Below are positions 19,401 through 26,998 of a DNA stretch of 33,185 nt, piece by piece. The position numbers and the translations under genes were made by a program. The stretch's first letter is position 1; each line of letters starts with the position of its first letter. Source of the stretch: a virus (Duplodnaviria; Caudoviricetes); the IMG/VR virus record IMGVR_UViG_3300011339_000215, positions 1 through 33,185 of that record; one strand, written 5' to 3'. The notes beneath the pieces were generated by a model, which saw only the letters and a program-made list of their open reading frames with translations, made no database searches and was not told where the DNA came from.

Positions 19401-20008
19401 AATCGCTATACGGTACAATCTCATCAATCCCATTCCCGAACACATTGCAGGCCTTCAATAAGGCAAGCCGTGAAAATATGGTTGACCCAAAAACTGATGA
19501 CAGCTTGCAACTGTTCGCCAATGTTCTCAAATCAAAGATGCCAGAATTCGCGCGCGAAGCGATTGGAGCAGAAGAGTTGCCACTAAAAAGGGATATGTGG
19601 GGGAATCCAGTTAAACAGACTCCAGAAGGAGCGAATCCGTTTCTATACAATTTCCTTGATTTCACAAGGTCGAGAGTAGTTCCGAGTGATGAATCCAATC
19701 TTGCCCTATATAGGTTATGGAAGGAAACTGGAAATGCTGATGCGTTGCCATCTGTTCCATCAAGGAATGTTATGGACAAGAAAATTACTTACCAGCTTGA
19801 TGAGAGCCAGTACGCAATCTACCAAGAGTATGTCGGCCAAAGAAGAAAGGCTCTTGTGGATAATCTATTCCAGAGCGCAACATTTGATGGCATGGAGCCA
19901 GAGTTTAAGATTAAAGCTTTGGAAAAAGCGTATGAGCGTGGTGCTGAAGATGGCAAAAGACAATTTCTGAAATACAATAGGGATTATTTGACACCAAAGG
20001 AGAAATAA
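16493..20008 (+). CDS. Large internal virion / DNA ejection protein
   Basis: 1171 aa Ala-rich helical protein with a glycine-zipper segment (GSILGGVAGAPAGPVGILAGGLAGG), PYTKTPVN and RDMWGNP motifs; last large structural gene. Confidence 0.75.
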   Translation: MASPDLGFDIIEPEVKADQQDAGYDVIEPEKAQPTPSESFEVIEPDKQYLSQIKRDYVSQGGNPLDVYAPERADLFTNELNKNLQSGLSQQEAILKATDTLEALPPETRPDGSISAGYAPTEEAIQKGMIQPAALPAVRKAMDEGVLTVSSGFDKEKGVGFAVGRARDGKVVRIEEKPPTLVGASLRSVGEQIIPGASAVAGSILGGVAGAPAGPVGILAGGLAGGAAGYKAGEMGQAGLARILAGEQGYADYQRMREADIAMFPITTKSLEIATPMAVGVGLARPTKAIDKFQQLLQPKAVPSLQAKPQPSEVIATIEGQQPIRPGVVGEAGFESGTVRPEFKMPEVPEGSKIARTAERVLKSEKAPEPFKAEVALQPSTVRQNVPLGAIKGNLEDLTDDELNVIARRSITSSAYDDAERAGANAILAARQIDADPASAAINWDEFTKAASLAGVSLRNVREYLNTPTGYLATISKAAEAANRNIPKDVSDKVLRLFNASKNAKAELVKAEANYRLSLTDKAAAIAGNARIAAASAAAKLQKYSDSIFPKKILGETLPQGIQITLLSPLSLVKNPVFNVARAVGQIGVRSLANAGDAVISYVTKQPRTMAQSALTTRGAMIRGSEKTKEAIRAFLGEGIPASSALAGEGVKGFTVFKSLAQAFTGKDMVTNAKGNIAFIDRVRKLTEGIIGLYTEPVGRTLTLGDVPARGFAEGRLLAQQAILAGKTPEEVIASVRFPTKAELKGISNEAAEATFQQDTKLTAVVGVVANAVKSIPIVGPLTKAVIAPYTKTPVNVVTDVVDVAVPGLAFTKSAYYAAKGDRRKSLEAAAKGIVGTVIGGTAAALYRAGVITGSASKSAKERGIQYETQPPNTINMSGLKRLLNGEDPAIQAGDEIKSYENFGYLGTIFNVYANVLSKNEGSGLLEDVLDVTLKGLPSVASYTLNQTFLKSTNTLLNAISKEDYDSYLESLYGTISSIPFPNTLQAFNKASRENMVDPKTDDSLQLFANVLKSKMPEFAREAIGAEELPLKRDMWGNPVKQTPEGANPFLYNFLDFTRSRVVPSDESNLALYRLWKETGNADALPSVPSRNVMDKKITYQLDESQYAIYQEYVGQRRKALVDNLFQSATFDGMEPEFKIKALEKAYERGAEDGKRQFLKYNRDYLTPKEK

Positions 20009-20009
20009 A

Positions 20010-20744
20010 ATGGAACGCTACGAAAAGATGATGCAGGCAAACATGCCGAAGCCTAGTGTTGCTCCAGTTCAGCAGCCAATTGTACGGCAGGCACAACCAA
20101 TCAATAATCAAATTGAGAGCGTCACGCCAGAACAACCTAAAACTGATCTTGGTTATGATGTTATTGAGCCAGAGGGTGTGGGAAGCGATACCTCTGGATT
20201 TGATTTGATAAATGCAGCTAAAACAACGGTAAATTGGGAAGGCCGAAGAGATAAGAAAGGCAATCTTTCGGTATATGCCTTGCCTGCTGGTGATATGGGT
20301 GGAGATTATGAGGTAGCTGGAATCAATGACCGATACCATCCAGAAGCATTCAGAAAGATTGCAGGCTTGCCAGCCCAGCAAAGGGAAGAAGCAGCCGCAA
20401 AATACATCAGCGAATACACAGCACCTCTCGTATCGAGGCTTCCGCAAGCAATCCAGCCATTCGCCCAGGATATGGCGTTTAATAGAGGCATGGGCGGTGC
20501 AACAAAGTATATTCAAGAGGGACTAAACTCACTTGGAATCAAGGTTGCGGTTGACGGGGCTATTGGGCCAAAGACGCTTGCTGCTATTGGTGGAGTAAAT
20601 CCAAAGCAACTTATGATTGCAGCAAGCCAAGCACAGTTAAATGATGAAAGAACTAGGGCTGGTGCTGACCCAAGGAGAAAGAAGTTTATTGTTGGTCTTG
20701 AGAACAGAATCAACAATAGGCTTAACGCATTTGGAGGCGGCTAG
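20010..20744 (+). CDS. Glycoside hydrolase family 108-like muramidase with peptidoglycan-binding domain
   Basis: WEG...GDMGG..EVAGI catalytic-like motif, DMAFNRG, VDGAIGPKTLAA and KFIVGLENR; AAGGAG upstream. Confidence 0.8.
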   Translation: MERYEKMMQANMPKPSVAPVQQPIVRQAQPINNQIESVTPEQPKTDLGYDVIEPEGVGSDTSGFDLINAAKTTVNWEGRRDKKGNLSVYALPAGDMGGDYEVAGINDRYHPEAFRKIAGLPAQQREEAAAKYISEYTAPLVSRLPQAIQPFAQDMAFNRGMGGATKYIQEGLNSLGIKVAVDGAIGPKTLAAIGGVNPKQLMIAASQAQLNDERTRAGADPRRKKFIVGLENRINNRLNAFGGG

Positions 20745-21083
20745 TTATTCTGAATCGTCATCAAACACATAGGTTGATCCAGCCGTTCCAGAATAATACT
20801 CACCAACCTGTACCTTTGTCCCATTTGAACCGTAAAAAAGGTATCCACTCTTTGTTACAATTTCGTTTCCACCATAATAAACATCTCCACATGAGGAATA
20901 ACATCCATTAGGTGTTTGCTTGAGTATGCCATTATCTACTATCAATCCATTGGATGTTATAGCTAATCCCTTGCCACCGCTAAACACGGCGTATCCAGAA
21001 TTATATACTCCGCCATCAAAGTCATCCGCCATCACCGATGCCATCAGCATCGCCGTCAGTGTTATAGTTATTATTGCTTTCAT
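20745..21083 (-). CDS. Secreted/periplasmic protein with signal peptide
   Basis: MKAIITITLTAMLMASVMA signal followed by a G/Y/S-rich mature part; the only convincing minus-strand gene. Confidence 0.7.
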   Translation of the reverse strand: MKAIITITLTAMLMASVMADDFDGGVYNSGYAVFSGGKGLAITSNGLIVDNGILKQTPNGCYSSCGDVYYGGNEIVTKSGYLFYGSNGTKVQVGEYYSGTAGSTYVFDDDSE

Positions 21084-21090
21084 TGGGAAA

Positions 21091-21119
21091 AGTCTCTAGG
21101 ACAAACCGAAAGCCGTCAA
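21091..21119 (-). promoter_or_regulatory. Putative sigma70-type promoter for the minus-strand gene
   Basis: Minus strand reads TTGACG-N17-GAGACT-N7-ATG. Confidence 0.4.
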
Positions 21120-21121
21120 GC

Positions 21122-21505
21122 ATGAAATTATCATCACGCCAAATAGGTGCAGTTGGGGTAGCTCGCGTTACTAGCGCGTTGTTGCGGTGCGGGTACAACG
21201 TGCTTACGCCTTATGAGGATTTTGCGGGGTACGATGTGGTGGCAGAGAAGAATAATAAGTTTTACCGCATCCAAGTTAAGACTGCCCAAGCGATAGAACC
21301 TGGTCGCACCAAGTATCGCTTCACTACCAGCACTGGCAATGGCTTTAACATCCCCAAGCGCGCAATCAGTGGCGTGGATTATGTGGCCTGCTGGGGCATG
21401 AATGATGATCTATTCTGGCTTTTACCCATTGCCAAGTGCAGGTCGGTAACAACTAAGCTTTGTCCATCGACAGGTGGTGGTTGGCGTGTATTTAAGAACC
21501 TGTGA
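21122..21505 (+). CDS. PD-(D/E)XK endonuclease (free-standing homing-type)
   Basis: GYNVLTP...GYDVVAE...RIQVKT and VDYVA motifs. Confidence 0.75.
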   Translation: MKLSSRQIGAVGVARVTSALLRCGYNVLTPYEDFAGYDVVAEKNNKFYRIQVKTAQAIEPGRTKYRFTTSTGNGFNIPKRAISGVDYVACWGMNDDLFWLLPIAKCRSVTTKLCPSTGGGWRVFKNL

Positions 21506-21681
21506 ACGAGAAAGAGGCTTGGGCTAAGTTTGAAGAAGGGCTGAAAGATGCAGAATCCTTTGATGAGGCTGTGGCTTGGGTGAAGAAGAACAAGAAGATC
21601 GTAGAGAAACTGACCATGATGGCAATGATTAGACGATTTAATGAGGATATTAGCCGCGCTAATAAGACTTGGCGGAACTGA
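21502..21681 (+). CDS. Hypothetical protein (59 aa, not in ORF track)
   Basis: GTGA overlap; MNEKEAWAKFEEGLKDAESFDEAVAWVKK...; open frame to TGA at 21681. Confidence 0.6.
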   Translation: MNEKEAWAKFEEGLKDAESFDEAVAWVKKNKKIVEKLTMMAMIRRFNEDISRANKTWRN

Positions 21682-21735
21682 AATAGATTAAAATATATAT
21701 CGACACCATCGCGGGTTGACAGCTAAACCCGATAG
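21682..21735 (+). promoter_or_regulatory. Putative promoter and operator of the replication operon
   Basis: AT-rich tract, then TCGACA-N18-TAAACC-N6-ATG, overlapped by the inverted repeat CGGGTT-N8-AACCCG. Confidence 0.35.
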
Positions 21736-22182
21736 ATGGGCAAAATCAATAGTCGGGCTAAAGGTGCAGCGGGTGAGAGAGAATTAGCAAACTACCTGCG
21801 AGAGCAGGGCTGGCAGAAGGCTCGCCGTAGCCAACAGTTCGCAGGCAATCCAGAGGGTGGTAGCGGTGATGTAGTCTGCGAGAATTTCCCATTTCACATA
21901 GAAGGCAAGCGCTGCCAAGCCCTCAAGCCAGAAGAGTGGATGGAGCAATCCAAGCGTGATTGTCCGAAGGGCAAGATCCCAGCAGTATTCTTCCGCCGTA
22001 ACGGACGCAAAGAGTGGCTAGTCATAATGACCGCCGACAGCGTGTGCGAATTAGCTCGACAGATAGCACCAGCCAATGTCACTATCGAGTATGCAAAGAC
22101 CGCAACCATCGCGCAGGGCTACTACGTTAAGTCCCCAGCTTTTGACGAACTTACCCCCAACATAAACAACCCAAATAAATAA
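21736..22182 (+). CDS. Holliday junction resolvase (Hjc-like PD-(D/E)XK)
   Basis: NSRAKGAAGERE, GDV, HIEGKR and W.EQ...RRNG..W motifs. Confidence 0.8.
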   Translation: MGKINSRAKGAAGERELANYLREQGWQKARRSQQFAGNPEGGSGDVVCENFPFHIEGKRCQALKPEEWMEQSKRDCPKGKIPAVFFRRNGRKEWLVIMTADSVCELARQIAPANVTIEYAKTATIAQGYYVKSPAFDELTPNINNPNK

Positions 22183-22194
22183 AGGAGAAATAAC

Positions 22195-22836
22195 ATGGCA
22201 CTAACATTAAGTGAATCAGCAAAACAAGAACGCAAACTACCAGAAGCGGGAGCTACTGTAGGCGTTCTCTACAGCCTAGTCGATCTAGGCCACCAGAAAA
22301 CTAATTGGGACAACCAAGAGAAGTGGACACCTAAAGTCCGCTTGACTTTCGAGTTGCCCGATCAAACCGATGAGTTCGAGGTCGAGGAGAATGGCAAACG
22401 CACCACAGTCCAAAAGCCTATGGTGGTTTCCATCGAGCAGACCCGCAGCCTTGGCGAGAAAGCCAGCCTTCGCAAGCTTCTCGAACAGTGGCGCGGCCAG
22501 ACCTTCACATCCAAGGAACTCCAGGCATTCAGCTTGAAGAACCTTCTTGGCAAGCCAGCTATGCTGACGCTGATCCACAAGACCAGCCAGCAGGGTCGGC
22601 AGTATTGCGCCATCGCAGGTGCATCCAAACTCCCCAAGGGCATGAAAGCACCAGCTACCACAACCAACGATCAATTGTATTACGAGATCGAACAGGGTGA
22701 GGCTGGTCAGTTCAACAATATGCCAGATTGGTTGCAGGAGAAGATCCGTGCATCCAAGGAGTTTGCTACCGCTGCTGGCAAGTCCACGGCCACTAAGGTC
22801 GAGCTTGACGCAGACGGCAACCAAGTTCCGTTCTAG
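22195..22836 (+). CDS. Putative ssDNA-binding / recombination protein
   Basis: VDLGHQ, LGEKASLRKLLEQWRG, LLGKPA and acidic C-terminal tip DADGNQVPF; AAGGAG upstream; adjacent to exonuclease. Confidence 0.65.
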   Translation: MALTLSESAKQERKLPEAGATVGVLYSLVDLGHQKTNWDNQEKWTPKVRLTFELPDQTDEFEVEENGKRTTVQKPMVVSIEQTRSLGEKASLRKLLEQWRGQTFTSKELQAFSLKNLLGKPAMLTLIHKTSQQGRQYCAIAGASKLPKGMKAPATTTNDQLYYEIEQGEAGQFNNMPDWLQEKIRASKEFATAAGKSTATKVELDADGNQVPF

Positions 22837-22841
22837 GTTAT

Positions 22842-23675
22842 ATGGCACTTACTATTACAAGTAAGTGGGATAGCTCCTCGGCTAATTCCAGATTGGTCAC
22901 TGTTGAAAGCAGCGGCCACTGGTATGATGCCGAGGGGCGATCTGCCCACGTTATTCTAGGGAAGAATGGCAAGGAAAGGAACACTACTGTTGCTGACGCA
23001 CGCAAGATGGGATTGCTGCCTAGCGTTACCAGCGTGCAGTCAATTTTGGAGAAGCCACAACTCACGGCATGGAAAATTTCCACAGCCGTAGAGTCTGCGC
23101 TTACTCTGCCAAAGGAGGAAAATGAAACACTCGAAGAATACGCAAGAAGAGTCGTTGAGGACAGCAAGGCGCAAACCAAGAAAGCCGCAGAGCATGGTAC
23201 GGCAGTCCATACCGAAATGGAAAATATCCTTTTGGGACGTAGTTGCTCCACAGATGAAGTCCTTAAACCTTACATCGAAACCTTTAGAAAATGGGCAAGT
23301 GAAAATGTCGAGAAAACGCACTGGTGCGAAAGGGCCTTGGTCGGTCCTGGTTACGCTGGCAGATGTGATGCCTACGTCCGACTAAAGGGAATTGGAGATG
23401 CAATCATTGACCTAAAGAATCGCAAGATTAACAAGAAGTACAACGCTGCGCCCTGGTATCCAACCGATGCGCAACAACTTTGGGCTTATAGAAATGCGAG
23501 CGAGAATCCTAAGTGCGCTTGCGTTTCAGTTGTTCTGGCATCAAATGATCCAGAATACATAGAGCATCATCAGTGGGACGAAGACGAACTCTACCAAGCT
23601 GGTATCGCCTTCTGCGCGATGCAGAAAGTGTGGGCTTGGGTCAAGGGATATACGCCTCCTGGGATGAAACTGTGA
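22842..23675 (+). CDS. PD-(D/E)XK exonuclease (Cas4/RecB-like)
   Basis: PSVT, GTAVH, YAGRCD, IIDLK and QLWAY motifs. Confidence 0.85.
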   Translation: MALTITSKWDSSSANSRLVTVESSGHWYDAEGRSAHVILGKNGKERNTTVADARKMGLLPSVTSVQSILEKPQLTAWKISTAVESALTLPKEENETLEEYARRVVEDSKAQTKKAAEHGTAVHTEMENILLGRSCSTDEVLKPYIETFRKWASENVEKTHWCERALVGPGYAGRCDAYVRLKGIGDAIIDLKNRKINKKYNAAPWYPTDAQQLWAYRNASENPKCACVSVVLASNDPEYIEHHQWDEDELYQAGIAFCAMQKVWAWVKGYTPPGMKL

Positions 23676-24304
23676 TTGTAATGCCAACAAATAATACTGG
23701 CTTTATGATTGGATACTTGGCTGGTAAATTCAAGGATTCAATCGGACTGCTCATTTCTCCAAATGGCTGGAGGTATCTTCCAGAGGTGATTCCATATGCA
23801 CTCGATAATGGGGCTTATTACGCATTCACAAATAAAACAGAGTGGGATGAGAAAGAGTTTTATAAAATGCTGGATAAAGTCCCATGCTGGAATAAGCCGC
23901 TGTGGGTTGCTTGTCCAGATAAGGTAATGGACAAGAATGAAACTCTAAAATTGTGGGACAAGCATTATGAGAAAATTTCTGAATGGAAATATCCAGTTGC
24001 ATTTGTTGCGCAAGACGGAATGACTCCGAACGATGTTCCGAGCGAAGCTGAAATTATTTTTATGGGTGGATCTTTTGAGTGGAAGTGGAAGATGCTTCCA
24101 GAGTTTTGCTCCATAGGTAAAAGAGTTCATTGCGGAAGAGTTAATTCGTATGAAGGACTGTGGATATGTGATGAAAATAATGTTGAAAGTTGCGATGGAA
24201 CTGGTTGGGTTAGGGGTGGAATGAAAAGATTGCAACCTCTTATAAAATATCTAGAAGAAAAATATGGAAACGGAAGGAGTCAAAAATGTTTGCTAAAGAC
24301 CTAA
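23672..24304 (+). CDS. TGT-fold / DpdA-like base-exchange transglycosylase candidate
   Basis: ALDNGAY, PDKV.D...TL, VAQDG, FMGGS, VHCGRVN and SCDGTG match the pattern of queuine tRNA-ribosyltransferase-like phage proteins; adjacent to queD; likely GTG start at 23672. Confidence 0.65.
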   Translation: MIVMPTNNTGFMIGYLAGKFKDSIGLLISPNGWRYLPEVIPYALDNGAYYAFTNKTEWDEKEFYKMLDKVPCWNKPLWVACPDKVMDKNETLKLWDKHYEKISEWKYPVAFVAQDGMTPNDVPSEAEIIFMGGSFEWKWKMLPEFCSIGKRVHCGRVNSYEGLWICDENNVESCDGTGWVRGGMKRLQPLIKYLEEKYGNGRSQKCLLKT

Positions 24305-24723
24305 ACAAAACAAAGCTAGGTGGAGTCAAATATACTGTTATACAGTCGTTCAAATTTGATGCTTCACACAATTTGGAAAAGGAAGACTTTTCATACTTGC
24401 ATCACAACTCATTGGTTGGTCTTATGAAATGTTTCCGTAATCACGGCCACACCTACTCGCTCGATGTCGAGTGGGAGGGTTTTCCAACGGATCAAGAGCC
24501 TATGATTTATCCGTTTGGCGAGCTTAAAGATTACACTCAAACACTTGTTCGATGCTGCGACCACAGCAATTTAAACGAGGTATTTGATTTTCCTACTACT
24601 TTAGAAAATGTTGGGAACTGGTTTTTTAAGAGGCTAAAAATGTTTGAATGCGAAAAGCTAAAATTGAGAGCAATTGTTTTGCGTGAAGGCTCAAACAATA
24701 GGATAAGGGTAGAAAATATATGA
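24286..24723 (+). CDS. queD: 6-carboxytetrahydropterin synthase (QueD/PTPS family)
   Basis: FDASH, CxxxHGH (CFRNHGHTY), DHSNLN and TTLEN motifs. Confidence 0.85.
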   Translation: MFAKDLNKTKLGGVKYTVIQSFKFDASHNLEKEDFSYLHHNSLVGLMKCFRNHGHTYSLDVEWEGFPTDQEPMIYPFGELKDYTQTLVRCCDHSNLNEVFDFPTTLENVGNWFFKRLKMFECEKLKLRAIVLREGSNNRIRVENI

Positions 24724-25133
24724 AACCAAAGGTATATCTTGCTGGCGCAATCTACGGCACAACCAACGAAGAGCAGGAGTGGCGCAGAATTGCATCCGAA
24801 AGTTTGTCCGAGATTTATGATGTATTAAATCCTCTGGATAGGGATTATCGTGGTACAAAATTCGACACAGTAAACAGCTCAAAAATAGTAAAGGAGGATA
24901 TGATGTGTGTAGATAACTCAAGTGTGGTTCTGGCAAATTGCGATAAACCAGGCTGGGGAACTGGTATGGAAATTTTTTACGCACATATGAAGGGTAAGCC
25001 AGTTCTATTTTTCACATCAAATGACAATCCATCGCCTTGGTTGTTGGCTAGAGCAAGGAATGTTGGGACGCTGGAAAATGCAATTGAAGAGCTTAAAAGT
25101 TTTGCTGAAACAATTATTAGGTGCGGAAAATGA
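24720..25133 (+). CDS. Nucleoside 2-deoxyribosyltransferase / nucleotide N-glycosidase family
   Basis: KVYLAG, VLNP, ED and GTGMEIFYA...GKPV motifs. Confidence 0.85.
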   Translation: MKPKVYLAGAIYGTTNEEQEWRRIASESLSEIYDVLNPLDRDYRGTKFDTVNSSKIVKEDMMCVDNSSVVLANCDKPGWGTGMEIFYAHMKGKPVLFFTSNDNPSPWLLARARNVGTLENAIEELKSFAETIIRCGK

Positions 25134-25426
25134 CTGCACCAACGATCCAAGAGATGGGAAACGCTGCGCAGGAAATTGTATGGCGCGTAATGGGCAAGGG
25201 ATCGGATAAGTCCGCATATGGCGATTGGCTTGTTAAAGATCGGCCTACCCACGATTACCACATTGCTCGCGCGATTCGTCACCTAGCTACAGCGCAGATG
25301 CAATTGCACAAGTCCTCGCCTTGTCCAGATAATAACGGCGAAACAAGCGTTGACCACCTTGAGCGCGCGCTTGTAAGGTCGCTATTCGTGTTAGCACAAA
25401 TAAAGAAAGAGGTAACGAGATTATGA
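25130..25426 (+). CDS. Possible dATP/dGTP diphosphohydrolase-associated (DUF5664-like) protein
   Basis: G..K..YGDW...AIRHL...GE...DHLERA pattern. Confidence 0.45.
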   Translation: MTAPTIQEMGNAAQEIVWRVMGKGSDKSAYGDWLVKDRPTHDYHIARAIRHLATAQMQLHKSSPCPDNNGETSVDHLERALVRSLFVLAQIKKEVTRL

Positions 25427-25695
25427 TTATGGAAGATGTAGGCGTTGATTTTGAATTTAATGGAGAAAAGTATACTGCTTATGGCAACGCAGAGATTGAT
25501 ACTATCACCGAGGATATTGGTCCAGTTGGCTATAGGGAACATTACTTTGCCGAGTTGGTCAACAATGTGACCATGTCAAAGATTGAAATCTCAACTGCTA
25601 CTGAGGACATTAAGAATCCAAGCAAGGATTTGCTGGAAAAGGCTGATGATCTTTTGTCCATTCAGGCAACAGAAGATTTTGACGCTGGCAAATGA
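25423..25695 (+). CDS. Acidic hypothetical protein
   Basis: 90 aa ORF with ATGA overlaps at both ends. Confidence 0.65.
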   Translation: MIMEDVGVDFEFNGEKYTAYGNAEIDTITEDIGPVGYREHYFAELVNNVTMSKIEISTATEDIKNPSKDLLEKADDLLSIQATEDFDAGK

Positions 25696-26357
25696 AACAA
25701 GCATTAGTAACACAATCGTTCGGTGAGGATTGGCAGAAGATTATTGATCTGACTAGGCCACGCATGGAGGCGTACTGCAACCGCCACAGCACTGACTTCA
25801 TTCTAATCGACAAGCCACTCACGCATCCAGCCCAATACTCCAAGTCTGCGATTGGAAACATTATGGCAACTAAGGGCTATGACCAGGTAACATTCGTTGA
25901 CGCTGACGTTCTAATTGCAAGCGATTGCCCGAAGCTATCCGATGACGCTGGAGTGTTCTGTGCCTTTGACGAGGGAGCTTATCTGGATCGCAAGCCAGAT
26001 ATGGTCAAGCTGGCTGGTGCATTCGGCGGAATGATCGAGCCTAAGTTCTATGTCAACACTGGCGTATTCGTAGTTCATACCAAGGCCGTTGGTATCCTAT
26101 CAATGCCACCCATTGGCCTGCACCCAAATCACTTTGCCGAGCAGACTTGGCTCAACGTGATGGCGCACCTATGGAACATCCCGCTAACCGAGCTTGACCC
26201 GTCCTTCAATTGCATGACCAGCGTGGAGTCGCACTTTGGGTTGGACCGCTACAAGGACGCGATGATTATTCATTACGCAGGACAGTCGAATGATCTAGTT
26301 AAGTTATCTAACCAGATTAAAGAAGACGAAGCGAAGCTGGTGGAGCTAGGCCGTTGA
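25692..26357 (+). CDS. GT-A fold glycosyltransferase (GT8/GT34-like)
   Basis: FVDADVL (DxD), YVNTGVFV, AEQTWLN, FN and IIHYAG motifs. Confidence 0.85.
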   Translation: MKQALVTQSFGEDWQKIIDLTRPRMEAYCNRHSTDFILIDKPLTHPAQYSKSAIGNIMATKGYDQVTFVDADVLIASDCPKLSDDAGVFCAFDEGAYLDRKPDMVKLAGAFGGMIEPKFYVNTGVFVVHTKAVGILSMPPIGLHPNHFAEQTWLNVMAHLWNIPLTELDPSFNCMTSVESHFGLDRYKDAMIIHYAGQSNDLVKLSNQIKEDEAKLVELGR

Positions 26358-26674
26358 GATCAACCCAGCTATGTCGCGGTGATTACGATGACAGGGTGCA
26401 GCAGTTGGCTGGTGAGGTTGCACTCCAAGCCATCCGCGACCTGCGGATGTTGCGCAAACGAGGGATGGTTAAGGGCATGAAGATTGTGAAGGATCATACA
26501 GGCGTGCCACTCAACGATGCCCTTGAGTATAAGAACTCGCACGAAGTGCAGAAGCTACTGCGTGACTTCAAGACAGGCGTTGTTTCCTGGTGGTGCAGAG
26601 CAAGCGGGGTGCAGATCGATAACCGCACGTTGCTACGGAAACTAAAGGAAAACGACTATGTTCTGCCTACTTGA
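26354..26674 (+). CDS. Hypothetical protein
   Basis: 106 aa; LA..VALQAIRDL pattern seen in phage hypothetical proteins. Confidence 0.6.
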   Translation: MRSTQLCRGDYDDRVQQLAGEVALQAIRDLRMLRKRGMVKGMKIVKDHTGVPLNDALEYKNSHEVQKLLRDFKTGVVSWWCRASGVQIDNRTLLRKLKENDYVLPT

Positions 26675-26804
26675 TCTTGGCTCAATAGTTTGGGTAATTG
26701 CTTCTTTTATTCTTTACAGTTCGATGACATTGTCGGCAATCTACTGCGCGTTGTTCATCATCTTCAAACTGATTGACTACATAAGAAAGGAATTGGACCT
26801 ATGA
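26658..26804 (+). CDS. Small membrane protein (48 aa, not in ORF track)
   Basis: MFCLLDLGSIVWVIASFILYSSMTLSAIYCALFIIFKLIDYIRKELDL; AAGGA upstream; ATGA overlap with the next gene. Confidence 0.55.
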   Translation: MFCLLDLGSIVWVIASFILYSSMTLSAIYCALFIIFKLIDYIRKELDL

Positions 26805-26998
26805 AAAAGAAAGACAGAAAGATAACTCTGGTAAAAACATTAGAACAAAAAGCCGTAAGGGTAATGCTTGATGTTGACGATGATCTTTACGAGGCGTTGG
26901 CAAAGGCTGGCCGTCAGCACTTGGCTAAAGATAAAATGGCTTGCTTTGAGTACGCGCTGAACAAGGCGTTGCTGGAACTATGCGTGGAACTCAAATGA
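26801..26998 (+). CDS. Possible ribbon-helix-helix DNA-binding protein
   Basis: VRVMLDVDDDLYEAL strand-helix pattern followed by a second helix. Confidence 0.5.
   Translation: MKKKDRKITLVKTLEQKAVRVMLDVDDDLYEALAKAGRQHLAKDKMACFEYALNKALLELCVELK

Noticed and set aside
19911-20516. 201-aa minus-strand ORF
   Set aside because: Overlaps two well-supported + strand genes and has no recognisable motifs.
22285-23251. Long minus-strand ORFs opposite the SSB-like and exonuclease genes
   Set aside because: Typical antisense shadows of codon-biased genes.
22842-23675. Cas4 as part of a CRISPR system
   Set aside because: No other cas genes or array; this is a common stand-alone phage exonuclease.
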